Source: Chrysochromulina tobinii | Taxonomy: Eukaryota | Assembly (NCBI GenBank): GCA_001275005.1 | Contig: JWZX01002423.1 | Coordinates: forward strand, 1-49,832 | Reading direction: 5' to 3' | Length of the DNA stretch: 49,832 bases | Shown: positions 49,801 to 49,832 of the stretch, piece after piece | How the letters are laid out: the number at the start of each line of letters is the position of its first letter | Position numbering within the stretch: position 1 is the stretch's first letter | Notes under the pieces: model-generated | Database searches by the model: none | Told to the model about the DNA's origin: nothing | What the model saw: the letters and a program-made list of their open reading frames with translations, nothing else | Made by a program: the position numbers and the translations under genes

Positions 49801-49832
49801 CGGTGGCGGTGGTGGTGGCGGTGGCGGTGGCG
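49016..49832 (+). CDS. Partial ORF (>270 aa, no stop in window), globular domain followed by poly-Gly
   Basis: My translation from the ATG at 49016: MLSLLTPRQ...EFKDWLAG...PTWWGPHQLTYLPGVREYL...GPQNLEEAWAYFKHWVK...GGGG. It is missing from the ORF track, presumably because it has no stop in the window. Confidence 0.75.

Larger units (their letters stand above)
42700..49832. mobile_element. Putative endogenous DNA virus arm (Polinton-like virus/virophage-type); left boundary approximate, continues past window end
   Basis: Visible drop in GC, ~1.5 kb non-coding palindromic terminus, tightly packed short intronless ORFs, shared upstream motifs, YqaJ recombinase and small basic proteins. No capsid, ATPase, polymerase or integrase is seen in the window. 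Confidence 0.7.

Noticed and set aside
1..49832. tRNA or rRNA genes
   Set aside because: None recognised by eye; a tRNAscan-SE/Infernal run would be needed to exclude them.

Overview
Eukaryotic, GC-rich, gene-dense, intron-poor nuclear DNA, most consistent with an alga. A haptophyte such as Chrysochromulina is an inference from gene content and repeat style, not an identification. Positions 1 to ~42.6 kb hold about 18 host genes: GMC oxidoreductase, coiled-coil proteins, a small secreted Cys-rich protein, a ferroportin-cystinosin fusion, a SET/TPR/2OG-Fe(II) oxygenase fusion, Skp1-like/LRR protein, GH2 beta-galactosidase, TFIIH p34, PPR-Smr protein, cytochrome c heme lyase, gamma-CA-like protein, ankyrin protein and a CAP59-like glycosyltransferase. 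Two introns in unrelated genes share a repeat-built architecture and start with a copy of the downstream exon, like introners. From ~42.7 kb to the window end the composition and gene style change abruptly to what looks like the left arm of an endogenous DNA virus (Polinton-like virus/virophage-type; no capsid, ATPase, polymerase or integrase is visible in the window). The arm has ~1.5 kb of non-coding, palindrome-rich DNA, then a head-to-tail array of short, intronless, lower-GC orphan ORFs. Five of them are each followed by a conserved 17-bp motif (CGCGYCGTGTTGRGCGY on +) 1-14 nt after the stop codon; four copies also lie 36-38 nt before the next ATG. After the array come a YqaJ/lambda-exonuclease recombinase, two basic proteins and an ORF running off the end. 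The array ORFs carry BC-box-, F-box- and IQ-like motifs. This cassette-like array of putative effectors is the most novel-looking system in the window.
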